Shown here in pieces: positions 25,621 to 35,896 of a stretch of 64,000 nt of DNA; the stretch's first letter is position 1, and the number at the start of each line of letters is the position of its first letter. The position numbers were made by a program, and so were the translations under genes. The notes under the pieces were generated by a model. It worked only from the letters and a program-made list of their open reading frames with translations. It searched no databases and was not told the origin of the DNA. The DNA is from a virus, in the IMG/VR virus record IMGVR_UViG_3300009425_000015, positions 16,308 through 80,307 of that record, one strand, 5' to 3'.

Positions 25621-28600
25621 GCTAACATCCGAAATGCCCTTCCAATGCTTCTCGTTGAGAAGCCCCATTGAGCGTCCCATTCAAGCTTTGCCATGTACGG
25701 ACGATTGACTCTAACAATATCCTTATCTGGACGAACACCCCAACACTTAATCGTGTTTGCCTCGTTGTTGCTATCGATAACCCGAATTAAATAATAGTCC
25801 TTGCCATTTCGTGTCTTCTTTTTTATTACTTCTCGTGGTACAAACCAAACAACTCCGGCAGATAGCTGGGCATCATACTCAGAAATAGGTGGAATGTAAT
25901 TCTTTTCCAGACTACTCCTAATGTGATCTGATAACACCAAACCAAAAGGAAATACTCCGGTTAAATCTACAAGGTACTGTATCTCTTCCTCTTCTGAAAA
26001 GTTTCCCTCTGGTGCATACTTTACAATGTTTTCTAGCAAGTTTTTCTCCTTGCGAGGCCTATCGACGGCGATAGCACTCCAAAAATGCTTTGTACCCTTA
26101 AACCTAGCGTCCATGAGCGGGGTAAGTGCCCCGGAGCGTGCCAGCACATCCAACGCTTTCTTGTTCAACTTTGAGTATACAATACCCTCGTTAAAGAGGA
26201 AGTCCTCTATCTTATGAAACGGGCGATTTTCAATAATCTGCTCAATAGCCTTCTCTCCCAAGCCCTTAATCGAAGTTAGCGGCTGTATCAAAGTCTTGCC
26301 GTCTTCCGATATCTCCCATACAGAACCAGAGGTGTTAATGTTTAGAGGTTCAATGCTGAAGCCGTGAGCTTTCGCAACATTGATTGCCTTTTCCTTCCTT
26401 GTTTCTGGCTCTTTATCTAAGAATGCAGCCATCCATTCGGCGGGATAGTAATTCATTAACCAGGCACACTGGAAAGACAGTACGCAATATGACACGGCAT
26501 GAGATTTGTTAAACCCATAGCCTGAAAAATACTCAAAAGTGTCCCAAAGCTCTTTCGCTTGCCGCTTCTCAAGCCCCTTCTCCAGGCAGCCGTCTAGAAA
26601 CTTGGAATATATCTTGTCCTTTTGCTCCTGTACTTCTCCTGTACCTTTTTTTGTCAAAAGCTTTCTGAGCTTATTTCCCTCATCTAGAGATAAATCCTTC
26701 CCCAGGCGATGCGCTAGCATAGCAATCTGCTCTTGAAAAATGAGGAACCCAAAAGTTTCCTCCGTCACCTCCCTAACGATATCACTAACGTATTCCACCT
26801 CTTCTGGCGTGTTTTTCGCAGCTATGAATTTCTTATCCACGCCGGCGCCGAGAGGGCCGGGGCGGTATATCGAGGTGATTGCTGCCAATTCGATAATGTT
26901 ATTCGGGGTAGCTCTCTTACAAAAAGACTGGGCTCCGCTTTCAGTAAACTGAAATATACCTGCCCACTTACCTCCATGAAAAATATTATCCCACACCTGC
27001 TTATCGTTTAAATCGATTGCTTCTGGGTGCAGGAATTTATTATAAAAAGCCTTGACGTCTTCGAAAGTTGGGCTCTCAACTCCCTTATGCCTCTTTAGTA
27101 CATGCCTCACCGCACCTTCTATCATCCGAAGAGAAGCAAGTCCCAGTATATCAAATTTAATAAAACCCATTGGTTCCAAATGTCGTACATTTTGTCCCTC
27201 ACTCCATGGCGTCTGGCGGACGCCTCCGCTGTTTATCATTGGCATCCATTCGTCTAAGTTCTCACCGATAACAACTCCGCCAGCGTGTCGGCTTGCCGAT
27301 CTAACCTGCCCGTATAAAGCCTCGACGTGGGTTTTAATTTTCGGATATTTTACTAAGAAATTTTTTAAAGTATCCGAAAACTCCATCACCTCTTCAAACG
27401 TTGGAGCGTATACCCCCGCTGTGATGCCATGCTTTTTTTTCGCCAAAGGAGTTGCTTCAAAAAGCATCTTCCCAGTGACATTGTTAACCTCAGAGAACGG
27501 CACTTCATAAAATTTTGAAATATCCTTAATCAAAGATCGCAATTGCAAAGTATTCCAATTAGTAATTGGGACTACAGTATCATCCCCCCACTCGTTAATC
27601 AACTCTTCTTTCAAGTCCATCGGAGAGCTTACATCATAATCGATGTCTGGATATCCCGTACCGCCCTTTGTCAAGAACCGTTCGAACTGGAGTCCGTACT
27701 TGATCGGATCCACTTGTGTTATTCCTAAAGCGTAAGAGACTAACGCACCCGCTGCAGAGCCTCTGCCAGCGCCGACGAGCTGGTTCTTTGTAGCCCTATC
27801 CGCAATTGCTTTCATCGTTAGAAAGTACTTACTGAACCCTCTACTATCTATAACTTCTATCTCCATGTCTAACCGATTAATATACTCTTCCTTTTCTCCA
27901 AACCCTAGGAGCCTTGCACCCTCCATACACAACTTAGCTAGAGCATCAGTTGCGCTAAGACCTTCTGGTACCACAAAGTCAGGGAGGCGCACTGTATTGT
28001 CAGGGAAAAAGGATTCAATTCTTTCATGCGCAATTCGATGAGACTCCGTGATAGAGTCCATAACTACACTGTCGTCGTACTCGACGTCGCATGACTTAGA
28101 GTATTTCTTGTAAGATTCCCACATCTCGTCACCGTTTTTTGGATACAGCTCGTAACCTACGTCGGCGACGTCTAGTGGTAATTCCATGTTCATCCATTCG
28201 GGAGTGCTTCTGCCTAGCCATGCCAGACGTTTGTATAATTCTCTGTCTTTCCAAACATCCGAATTCGGATAATGGCTATCTGCAGTTGAGAGCAAGGGTA
28301 CCCCAAACTCGTGATGCATCTGAACAATATACTGGTTCAAAGTGTGCTGTTCCGGTACGTTGTTCCACTGCAGTTCTCCGTACCATCTATCACCAAAAAT
28401 TGACTGCATCTTTTGAGTGGTTGCTCTCATCGAATCAAGAACTGAGTCAGCGCCGTCATCTCGGTTCTCCCAATAATTCCCGGCATAAACACCACCGAGA
28501 CAAGCAGAAGATGCAATTACTCCTGTATTGTACCTCTTAAGCATTGCATAATCCACTCGTGGGTATCTGAAGAAATGATCACCTCGATAGGATGTAGATA

Positions 28601-29060
28601 TCATCTTGAAGATATTCTTGAGGCCCTCTGGGTTCTGCGCCAGCAAGATGAGATGGCGTCGGCGGTTCAAAGTAGAACTAATTTTCTTTTTAGATTCTTC
28701 ATTTTCGACTGTAGTACCACTCTGTACAGCCTCCTTCTTTCCTCTTTTCTTTTCCTTCTTGGCTGCCTCGTATTCCTCTTTCCAATTAGCGATGGATGGG
28801 ATGAAGTACACCTCACAACCATAAATAGGCTTGAAGCTCTTCCCCTCTGACTGCATCTTCTTAGCATGCAAAACCTGATATGCCAATCCGTTGGCGTTCC
28901 CATGATCTGTCAAAGCAAGAGCATCCATTCCGTTTTGATAAGCGAAATCCATATGCTCCTGCGGATACCCCAAAGCGTCAAAGATGCTTCCCGCTACCGA
29001 GTGGGCATGTAAGCCTACAAAAGGAATGCTGGGCTTCTTTCTAGTTTCTAATTTCTGCAA
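25617..29060 (-). CDS. dnaE: DNA polymerase III alpha subunit (family C)
   Basis: PHP motifs HAHS/TDHG/DSHY, GRGSAAG, PDIDYD, HAGG, KFDILGL, YRPGP, FNKSH. Confidence 0.97.
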   Translation of the reverse strand: MQKLETRKKPSIPFVGLHAHSVAGSIFDALGYPQEHMDFAYQNGMDALALTDHGNANGLAYQVLHAKKMQSEGKSFKPIYGCEVYFIPSIANWKEEYEAAKKEKKRGKKEAVQSGTTVENEESKKKISSTLNRRRHLILLAQNPEGLKNIFKMISTSYRGDHFFRYPRVDYAMLKRYNTGVIASSACLGGVYAGNYWENRDDGADSVLDSMRATTQKMQSIFGDRWYGELQWNNVPEQHTLNQYIVQMHHEFGVPLLSTADSHYPNSDVWKDRELYKRLAWLGRSTPEWMNMELPLDVADVGYELYPKNGDEMWESYKKYSKSCDVEYDDSVVMDSITESHRIAHERIESFFPDNTVRLPDFVVPEGLSATDALAKLCMEGARLLGFGEKEEYINRLDMEIEVIDSRGFSKYFLTMKAIADRATKNQLVGAGRGSAAGALVSYALGITQVDPIKYGLQFERFLTKGGTGYPDIDYDVSSPMDLKEELINEWGDDTVVPITNWNTLQLRSLIKDISKFYEVPFSEVNNVTGKMLFEATPLAKKKHGITAGVYAPTFEEVMEFSDTLKNFLVKYPKIKTHVEALYGQVRSASRHAGGVVIGENLDEWMPMINSGGVRQTPWSEGQNVRHLEPMGFIKFDILGLASLRMIEGAVRHVLKRHKGVESPTFEDVKAFYNKFLHPEAIDLNDKQVWDNIFHGGKWAGIFQFTESGAQSFCKRATPNNIIELAAITSIYRPGPLGAGVDKKFIAAKNTPEEVEYVSDIVREVTEETFGFLIFQEQIAMLAHRLGKDLSLDEGNKLRKLLTKKGTGEVQEQKDKIYSKFLDGCLEKGLEKRQAKELWDTFEYFSGYGFNKSHAVSYCVLSFQCAWLMNYYPAEWMAAFLDKEPETRKEKAINVAKAHGFSIEPLNINTSGSVWEISEDGKTLIQPLTSIKGLGEKAIEQIIENRPFHKIEDFLFNEGIVYSKLNKKALDVLARSGALTPLMDARFKGTKHFWSAIAVDRPRKEKNLLENIVKYAPEGNFSEEEEIQYLVDLTGVFPFGLVLSDHIRSSLEKNYIPPISEYDAQLSAGVVWFVPREVIKKKTRNGKDYYLIRVIDSNNEANTIKCWGVRPDKDIVRVNRPYMAKLEWDAQWGFSTRSIGRAFRMLA

Positions 29061-29265
29061 TTACATTCTCCAATTCTTCTACGATTGTATTTAGTTCTTC
29101 TACTAATTCTTCTCTCACTGGAGTTGCAGTCTTGTATCCAGCCTCATACACATGGTACAAGAGGCTCTGCTCGTCATGAGTTAACTTATGAAATGCATAT
29201 GGCATTTTAGCAAACTCCTTGATATGGCATGGAATTTCATTGTACAAATCTCTAACTTCTTTCAT
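29041..29265 (-). CDS. hypothetical protein
   Basis: ATGA overlap with upstream gene. Confidence 0.6.
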   Translation of the reverse strand: MKEVRDLYNEIPCHIKEFAKMPYAFHKLTHDEQSLLYHVYEAGYKTATPVREELVEELNTIVEELENVIAEIRN

Positions 29266-30146
29266 CTCTTTTCCCTTTCAAACAATACTTTACTATATTC
29301 ATGGTAACTAAACATTTTAGAATGCGGCTTTTTGATAGTCTGACTATGCGGGGAAGAAAGGAAGTTAACATATCTTTCCCACCCATCTATCGGATAATAC
29401 CAATCCAAGTCTTTCACACTTGATTCATTTATTATAGCACAATCAAATATTTCGTCAAGCAAAAAATGCTTAGAACTCCATCTTTTTTTTCTGTCCAAGG
29501 CACTTGAGCCTCCGGTGCACTTATCTTTTACATTCCACAAATATTTGTTATATTCTTGCGCATCCATAGTAAACCCTAAATATTCCCCATCCCGGATAGT
29601 CTTGCCGTTGTGAGACAAGAAAAAAGGCTTGGGGGAAGATATTCGTTTTCGCTCCCCCTTCACGCATGCCGGATCATACACCCCATATGGGAAAGAGATA
29701 TAATATCTGTTTGGAGTGAGCCACTTACTTATCTTGCCGGAAACAATAAATGCAGTTAAAGCTCCATGTAGAACGCCCCAGCCATAACTATCTCTGCGCT
29801 CTCTGTCTTTCGGGTGTATCGGTGTATAGAATATTGGTATTTGTCTCCTGTGTTCGGAGGGAAACTTGACAAAATTGTGTTTAGCTAAAAAGTACGGATC
29901 CTCGATGAAATCACCCATCCTCTTTTTTATTAGGCGCTGCATGTTGTCGTTGCATACAACCCAAATAGTTTCGCATCCGGCATATGCACATTCAACGACT
30001 GAGCGTTCTACTGCTAGATAATCCAAAGCTATTGGCTGAAGGGAGTCGTGCCAAGGAAATCCAAAGTCTAGCGGTGGGCCTGCCGTGGGGATGACACCTG
30101 CCAAGTGATAATTCCGAGCGCTAATTCCTGCATGCTCATCCATCAC
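29262..30146 (-). CDS. divergent nucleotidyltransferase (GT-A/NTP-transferase-like)
   Basis: LAGVIPTAG...LQPI...CAYAGCETIWVV resembles the NTP-transferase N-terminus. Confidence 0.55.
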   Translation of the reverse strand: MMDEHAGISARNYHLAGVIPTAGPPLDFGFPWHDSLQPIALDYLAVERSVVECAYAGCETIWVVCNDNMQRLIKKRMGDFIEDPYFLAKHNFVKFPSEHRRQIPIFYTPIHPKDRERRDSYGWGVLHGALTAFIVSGKISKWLTPNRYYISFPYGVYDPACVKGERKRISSPKPFFLSHNGKTIRDGEYLGFTMDAQEYNKYLWNVKDKCTGGSSALDRKKRWSSKHFLLDEIFDCAIINESSVKDLDWYYPIDGWERYVNFLSSPHSQTIKKPHSKMFSYHEYSKVLFEREKR

Positions 30147-30164
30147 TGACTAGTCCCCCACATG

Positions 30165-30950
30165 CTAGTGGCGCACTTCAGAGGACTTCATATACCTAAC
30201 ACAGTCAGTATCCTCATAGCGCGTACGAGTTAATAACTCTACGACTCTTCTTTTGGGCTCGAGCTTTATATTTGATATCCTCTGTCTGTCCTTGGCATCA
30301 AACCCCTTCTTTGCGCCTGTGATGCCGGCGGCTACCATCATCTTCTGTACCTTAAACTTCACCATAGTGTCTGAATATTCAAATTGATTAATTTCCTCTT
30401 CTCCCATATAGGAGACTGATACACAGTCTTTCTTATTGTGGTTCCCATCAACTCTTGAAGATGGATAAAAATAAACCGTCTTAACAAAGTCGTCATCTCC
30501 GTCGAGTTCGTCAACATGGTGGTTGCTTCCAACTCTAACGTCTATCCAGTCAATTACTCTAAACTTGGCTTCTCTATCATCCAAAACAACATTATTTTCC
30601 GAAGTCACAAAGTCATCTTCGAATATAAAACATTTCTTAAATTCGACACCAACCAAGAACGAATCACGTACAGAGACAAGCATTCTATTTCCCGTAATGT
30701 TTACTTTCGCATCCCCAGAGCCGAAAGGCACTAGACCCTTCATACCATGACTAAAGAGCATCGCAGACCACAGCTCCTCAGCACGGGAAAGACTCTCAGT
30801 GTTGTCGACAACCTCCGTTACCATGTCAAAAGCGAATGGGGCTCTGTCTGAATTCAATATAATCGGATACTCGTTATGGTAGGCGTACTGTACAGCGCTA
30901 AGACTATAGCCAATCACCACGTTCTCAAATCCATAAACGTGTTTATTCAT
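30165..30950 (-). CDS. hypothetical protein with degenerate Rossmann-like start
   Basis: NVVIGYSLSAVQYAY. Confidence 0.65.
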   Translation of the reverse strand: MNKHVYGFENVVIGYSLSAVQYAYHNEYPIILNSDRAPFAFDMVTEVVDNTESLSRAEELWSAMLFSHGMKGLVPFGSGDAKVNITGNRMLVSVRDSFLVGVEFKKCFIFEDDFVTSENNVVLDDREAKFRVIDWIDVRVGSNHHVDELDGDDDFVKTVYFYPSSRVDGNHNKKDCVSVSYMGEEEINQFEYSDTMVKFKVQKMMVAAGITGAKKGFDAKDRQRISNIKLEPKRRVVELLTRTRYEDTDCVRYMKSSEVRH

Positions 30951-33021
30951 AGGAGGCTCTCATATACCCATGACTAAGCCCTCTAATATATCGGGGAGTG
31001 GTAGTGTTATCAGGCATATGCATAGGCTCATAGCATGCCAATATTGTAAAATCTTGAGACTTCCCTAGGTTAGCTGCCTCCTCTTCCTGTCGCGAATTGA
31101 TACAGGCAGCCTCCTCTATCACCTCTTCGATGGCATCTGCAATCCGTTGTTCGCTATTCACGCCGACGCCACCGAGTTCATCTGTGTGTACTGCGCCGAC
31201 ATCTATCAACTGTTGGTAGCTATGCCTATTGCCCCTGTTACCAATAATAAAAACCATCCCGCCAGAGTGAGCCATGGCTCTTGCCGCATCGTGTGCAGTC
31301 CACTCATCACCTTGGGCAGGCTCGTCACCTAAGACGAAGATGATACGATGAGTGTGTTGACTTAAATCCACCTCCCAGGAATCTTGGACTCCCTGAATTT
31401 GGGCGAAGGGGCGGTTCGTACTCCAGAGAATATTATCTGGGACACCATCTTGATCCCAGTCAATCAAATCGTCTGTCAAGAATCTACCAATTGCGTCCAA
31501 AGTATTCTCTGAAGAGCCTCCCTGGTTGACAGTCCCAGCTAGTAAGTTTAATCGCAAAGTGTTCACGGCGTTCGACATGTCTTCGATGGGTACCACTGGA
31601 GGATCTTCCACACCTGGTACGCAGTTGTCACCAGGGTTAAACAAATGGGGATCTGCCTCGTCGTCGTTACCAACCACAGCCAACATATAACATATGCCGT
31701 CGACGCCATTGTTGAAAAGTCTATTTACAGAATCTCTTGTAGCGTTAAACGCAGCACTGAGTTCATCTTCATTCATAGAGCCCGATACGTCGACAATCAT
31801 CATGACTGCCACGCTCCCTTGTTCAAAGTCCTCGTCGATGATTCCGTCGCAGTCGTCGTCGAATTCGTTGCAGCGCTCAATTCTTGGCTGTATCTCCTGG
31901 ACACACGTGTAATACCCAGTTTGCCTTGCTCCATCTTCCGCGTTACCTAGTTCGCAAAAAGATATTCCCAGGCGACAATTACCGCCGGCATACTGGGGCC
32001 CGTCAGCTCGAGCGTCATAAAGAAACACTTCCCCGGTTAGAGCATCAGTAGAGCAGAGCTTTGTCAGTGGGCCTCCTAGGGGTCCTTCGTCGATGAAGCC
32101 ATCACAATCATCGTCGGCGCCGTTACAAACTTCCGGCTGAGGTACGTAATCTGGGTGATCACAAACGCAATCGCCATCGTCGAAATCCTCATCGATAATG
32201 CCATCGCAGTCATTATCAACAAAGTCACATAGCTCTCGAGGTGTAGCGCCGCATGCTCCACAGTCGTTGAGAAGCAGCTCATCGATTTGATCATCGCAGT
32301 CATTGTCTTCACCGTCGCAGATTTCCACCGGGACGTCACCACATAGACTGCATGCATTAAGAACCCCCTCATCGACTGAATTATCACAATCGTTGTCTAA
32401 ATTATCACACTGTTCCATAGTTGGCACTACTTGATTTTCACATTCCCCGTACCCGTAATACACTTCAATTCCAGCGTCTGTGGCTCTCGAAAGCTCTTGA
32501 CATAGTGATATCCCAGGAGCGCAAACTCCGTTCTTAGAGCTTCCTAGCGTGCCAGTATAGCAACTTCTAAATAAAACCCCCGAAGGAGGTTCTCCTGCAT
32601 CTGGAAGTTCAAACCTTGGAGACTCATTCAATTCGCCGTCGCAGTCGTTGTCAAGTCCATCGCAGATTTCGATACGAGAAAACATAACTGGAACACAATC
32701 AGACCATCCGAGGGTGTTACACATCTCTATTCCATTGGCACAATTGCCTAATAAGCCAGGTACGTTGCATGGTTGGCGAGCACCAAGGGGCAGACAGGGC
32801 GGGGGCGGAGGGGCTGCGTCGATGATGGCGTCCTGGATTGGCATCGCATCAAGGATGTGCACAGACTCATCCGGATCTACAAACGAATCTTTAACATCTG
32901 GAATTTGCGTGTCTGGTACGCTAATTCCCGGCAAGATATCCGGCTCTACAGCAATCGTGTTATCTTTACACGATACAAAGCACAACGTCACCAGCAAATA
33001 TATAATACTTTTCATCTTCAA
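30943..33021 (-). CDS. lipoprotein with Cys-rich ExCDGxDNDCDG repeats and vWA domain
   Basis: FVSC lipobox; six E-x-C-(D/N)-x-x-D-(N/D)-D-C-D repeats; DVSGSM MIDAS. Confidence 0.85.
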   Translation of the reverse strand: MKMKSIIYLLVTLCFVSCKDNTIAVEPDILPGISVPDTQIPDVKDSFVDPDESVHILDAMPIQDAIIDAAPPPPPCLPLGARQPCNVPGLLGNCANGIEMCNTLGWSDCVPVMFSRIEICDGLDNDCDGELNESPRFELPDAGEPPSGVLFRSCYTGTLGSSKNGVCAPGISLCQELSRATDAGIEVYYGYGECENQVVPTMEQCDNLDNDCDNSVDEGVLNACSLCGDVPVEICDGEDNDCDDQIDELLLNDCGACGATPRELCDFVDNDCDGIIDEDFDDGDCVCDHPDYVPQPEVCNGADDDCDGFIDEGPLGGPLTKLCSTDALTGEVFLYDARADGPQYAGGNCRLGISFCELGNAEDGARQTGYYTCVQEIQPRIERCNEFDDDCDGIIDEDFEQGSVAVMMIVDVSGSMNEDELSAAFNATRDSVNRLFNNGVDGICYMLAVVGNDDEADPHLFNPGDNCVPGVEDPPVVPIEDMSNAVNTLRLNLLAGTVNQGGSSENTLDAIGRFLTDDLIDWDQDGVPDNILWSTNRPFAQIQGVQDSWEVDLSQHTHRIIFVLGDEPAQGDEWTAHDAARAMAHSGGMVFIIGNRGNRHSYQQLIDVGAVHTDELGGVGVNSEQRIADAIEEVIEEAACINSRQEEEAANLGKSQDFTILACYEPMHMPDNTTTPRYIRGLSHGYMRASYE

Positions 33022-33034
33022 CCTCTCCTAACTT

Positions 33035-33745
33035 CTATTTAAACTTCTCTTTATATGCTTTCACCGACTCTGGGAATAACTTTTCCGCTATTTCCATGCA
33101 TGCGTACGCAACCTTTTGTATTTCCCATTGCGCGCCTTCGTGGACACGGAGAGTTATAAATTTCAATAAATTATGTAAGTTCACCGTGCCATAGTACTGA
33201 GTATACAGGCTTTGCGGCAATACTCCCCTAGCTTGCTCTCTGCATATGCCGCTATCAATCAAAGAGTTGTATAATTCAAGGCTTTTCCTGTTATGAGCCG
33301 ATACGGCAGTCGAGGCAAGATACGAAGGGGTTGGGCACAACTTTAGATCAGAGTTATGCTTGGCTATATCAGGATTTATAAGCTCCTCAGTGCTAGCCTG
33401 CCTATTCGACTTATGTTGGCTTCTAAACTCGCATGGCTCGTAAAACGACATGTCGATGCTTGTATATCTGCGACTAATTTCATTGTAAGCCCAAGTACGG
33501 TGTCGGTGATGCTGGCTCCGAATAAATAAGGGTACGGTAAACCGCATCGTGACAGTGCAATGCTCGAAGGGGCTGGTATGATTGTGTTCCATAAGATACT
33601 TGATAAGCTTTACATCTTTCGGCTTTAACTCATCTCGTGACGCCCCGAACGAAACGCGGGCTGCGTTGACAACTGATAAATCATCTCCCATGTGGGAGAT
33701 ATATTCCACAGCACCAATATCGTCGCCGTACAGTTCAACCCTCAT
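33035..33745 (-). CDS. thyX: FAD-dependent thymidylate synthase
   Basis: HTSPFEH, RHRTWAYNEISRRY, EQARGVLP, AQWEI. Confidence 0.96.
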   Translation of the reverse strand: MRVELYGDDIGAVEYISHMGDDLSVVNAARVSFGASRDELKPKDVKLIKYLMEHNHTSPFEHCTVTMRFTVPLFIRSQHHRHRTWAYNEISRRYTSIDMSFYEPCEFRSQHKSNRQASTEELINPDIAKHNSDLKLCPTPSYLASTAVSAHNRKSLELYNSLIDSGICREQARGVLPQSLYTQYYGTVNLHNLLKFITLRVHEGAQWEIQKVAYACMEIAEKLFPESVKAYKEKFK

Positions 33746-34064
33746 TAATGCCTCGAAGTATCCCAACTACATAATTTTCTAATATGAGGTAATTTGTTTT
33801 GTTATCAACATTTATCTCTTCAATCATGTTTCTGTCCACAATTACTAGCTTTTCGGCAAAAGTGCCGCGACGTAATTTTCTAAAGTGCTCTGAACAATCG
33901 GGTGCGACATCAACCACCGTCGCGACAATGTGTCGCGACTTAGGGGGCTCATAACCCTCAGGCAGTAGTACAGCACTAGACGACTCTTCCAACTTAGGTT
34001 CATAATGAGGCACAATCAGAAAATGACGATTGACTGGCTTAAGTGATTTAGGTATTTTAGCCAT
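33735..34064 (-). CDS. groES: GroES-like co-chaperonin
   Basis: LKPVNRHFLI...VLLP...ATVVDV...YLILENYVVGI follows the Cpn10 pattern. Confidence 0.65.
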   Translation of the reverse strand: MAKIPKSLKPVNRHFLIVPHYEPKLEESSSAVLLPEGYEPPKSRHIVATVVDVAPDCSEHFRKLRRGTFAEKLVIVDRNMIEEINVDNKTNYLILENYVVGILRGINEG

Positions 34065-34350
34065 TTTTGCCAACCGTCTTCTTCACGTGCTCTACGAAAT
34101 CTAATAATTGCTCGATGTCCGTGTCGCTCTTCATCAAGCGGTATGCTTTGACAGCCATAGAAATCTCCTCCTTCGTAAGCCATCCGTTCTCTACGTAGTT
34201 TGCCTTGAGATCTCTCTTTGACTCTTTGTATGGTTCCATAGCGTCCTCGAGGGACACCATCATTTTAATATATTCTGTGATATACCCTTCTTTCTGTTCC
34301 ACACTCATGGTGGTAGTCTCGTCCCTAACAACTGATAAATTCGCAGCCAT
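34057..34350 (-). CDS. small helical protein, possibly dsDNA-binding (T4 DsbA/GapR-like)
   Basis: Helical hairpin LEDAM...KRDLK...G.LTKEEISMAVK. Confidence 0.45.
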   Translation of the reverse strand: MAANLSVVRDETTTMSVEQKEGYITEYIKMMVSLEDAMEPYKESKRDLKANYVENGWLTKEEISMAVKAYRLMKSDTDIEQLLDFVEHVKKTVGKNG

Positions 34351-34407
34351 TTTCTCTCTCCTTTTGTGTTATTTCTTTATATATATTAGCACTAATTTAT
34401 GAAAATA

Positions 34408-35034
34408 TCAAGTATTTTTTAATACTTTTTTGGCAATTGCTTTAACTGCCATCCTTTCGTTCTTCGAAAGCTTCTTATATGTCTCGAGCCCTTCGCCAAA
34501 AGTGAAGGGGCGGTTTTTAATTTTTGTCATGAACTCTTTCTCTCTACCGAAATCGCGTCGGCCGACTGCTACCTTCTTACCATACCCTGGAAACTCAGAA
34601 TTGTTGGTACCATACAAATAAGCTCCTTCTCCGCCTTGTGGGATCACCAACACTGAGTCTTGGCAATATTTTTCACCCAAAGTTGTTATGGAATGCACAA
34701 AGCTAGGATCATCGTTGAGGTTAACCACGAAATAGCTATCTTCGCTTACTTCGAATGCTTCGGGCGTATCATAGTCCTCGATGTAGGAGCCATTCGCTTT
34801 CGTAACTCCGTATCCCAGAGATAAGAGTGTTGCCTTCAAGTCACGATTCCTTGTGAGGTTAGTGTCTTCCTCCGAAGGGTAATCTGTGCCATCTGCGCAC
34901 TTGCTAGCATCTGAAATATCTCCCCTGAAAGCTGTTATTGTTGCAGTTTCATGCTTTTCCATATGTGAGTGTACACGTGTTAAAGAAGACTCAGACAAAA
35001 ACTTCCTCCAGACTCCCAATACTGTTGACATCAT
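34408..35034 (-). CDS. conserved phage protein (DUF3293-like)
   Basis: ITAFR...RNRDLK...GSYIE...EDSYFV...KYCQDSVL. Confidence 0.65.
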   Translation of the reverse strand: MMSTVLGVWRKFLSESSLTRVHSHMEKHETATITAFRGDISDASKCADGTDYPSEEDTNLTRNRDLKATLLSLGYGVTKANGSYIEDYDTPEAFEVSEDSYFVVNLNDDPSFVHSITTLGEKYCQDSVLVIPQGGEGAYLYGTNNSEFPGYGKKVAVGRRDFGREKEFMTKIKNRPFTFGEGLETYKKLSKNERMAVKAIAKKVLKNT

Positions 35035-35324
35035 GACTGCAGCTCCGCAAAACGCTTAATTTCTAAAAGTGTCGACACTTCTTTTTCTAAATTAATTTGC
35101 ACCAACTTGTCGACACGATACTCATATAAGCCGCAATCTGTACCATCGTTTCGTAACTTATTTGTATTTTTTATGACACTTTCGTAGGCTGTGTCGTTGA
35201 ACCATCTTACTTTTGCATATGTCCACGGCACGGATAATCCCTCATCTTTTTCTCGAAGGGACAGTACGATACCATACCTCCGAATACTATGCCATTCATT
35301 GAATATAACTTGTCCTACCTTCAT
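35031..35324 (-). CDS. dispersed MKVG-starting SH3/KOW-like protein
   Basis: MKVGQVI...RYGIV...VRW. Confidence 0.65.
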   Translation of the reverse strand: MKVGQVIFNEWHSIRRYGIVLSLREKDEGLSVPWTYAKVRWFNDTAYESVIKNTNKLRNDGTDCGLYEYRVDKLVQINLEKEVSTLLEIKRFAELQS

Positions 35325-35890
35325 ACTTCCCCTCTTTCGCCTTCTGGCAATTCTTTATAAACCTCAATATGCTCAAACCACGCAACCACCGGAATTGAAC
35401 CGTGGCTTATTGCGTAGTGTATTCCTTTGTATATTTTTGACGAACTATCTCTTATCGGTACAAAATGCTCTTCGTATCCGGGTGTTGCCTTGTCTTTTCC
35501 AGCTAAAGCTTTTAAGACTTTGTGTATGTCAGGGACAACTTGGCCAGTTGCCTTTTTCGACTTTTTAAGCAAGTCTTCAACATCAACCCTTATGTCGTAA
35601 ATATCACTAGCTGGTACTTCTGCAGTGAATAGCGTGCCGCTGGCGATATTTCTCTCTGTTTTTTCCTTATCTAGATAAAAGAAAACTCTTGGAAAGGTAG
35701 AAGCATTATACTCATTCTTACTATAACTGTTTCTGTTGGTGACGAACCTGTTCGGGTCTAACACCAAACTATCAGCAGATCGTACCCTGGAGTAGTGAAA
35801 CAACTTTACCATATCGGAATGGACATAGTCCTTAAATTGTTCTTTTAAAATATACTTGTTCCAGTTTTCAAAGACTTCATCCATAACCAT
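35321..35890 (-). CDS. hypothetical (probable internal virion) protein
   Basis: VFENWNKYILKE N-terminus; LFHYS...VFFY motifs. Confidence 0.7.
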   Translation of the reverse strand: MVMDEVFENWNKYILKEQFKDYVHSDMVKLFHYSRVRSADSLVLDPNRFVTNRNSYSKNEYNASTFPRVFFYLDKEKTERNIASGTLFTAEVPASDIYDIRVDVEDLLKKSKKATGQVVPDIHKVLKALAGKDKATPGYEEHFVPIRDSSSKIYKGIHYAISHGSIPVVAWFEHIEVYKELPEGERGEV

Positions 35891-35896
35891 TACCCC

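Noticed and set aside
10710-33745. Bacterial chromosome or prophage origin suggested by dnaK, groEL, clpP, dnaE, guaB
   Set aside because: These genes lack their bacterial operon context, are interleaved with phage genes on one strand, and no integrase or att site is visible.
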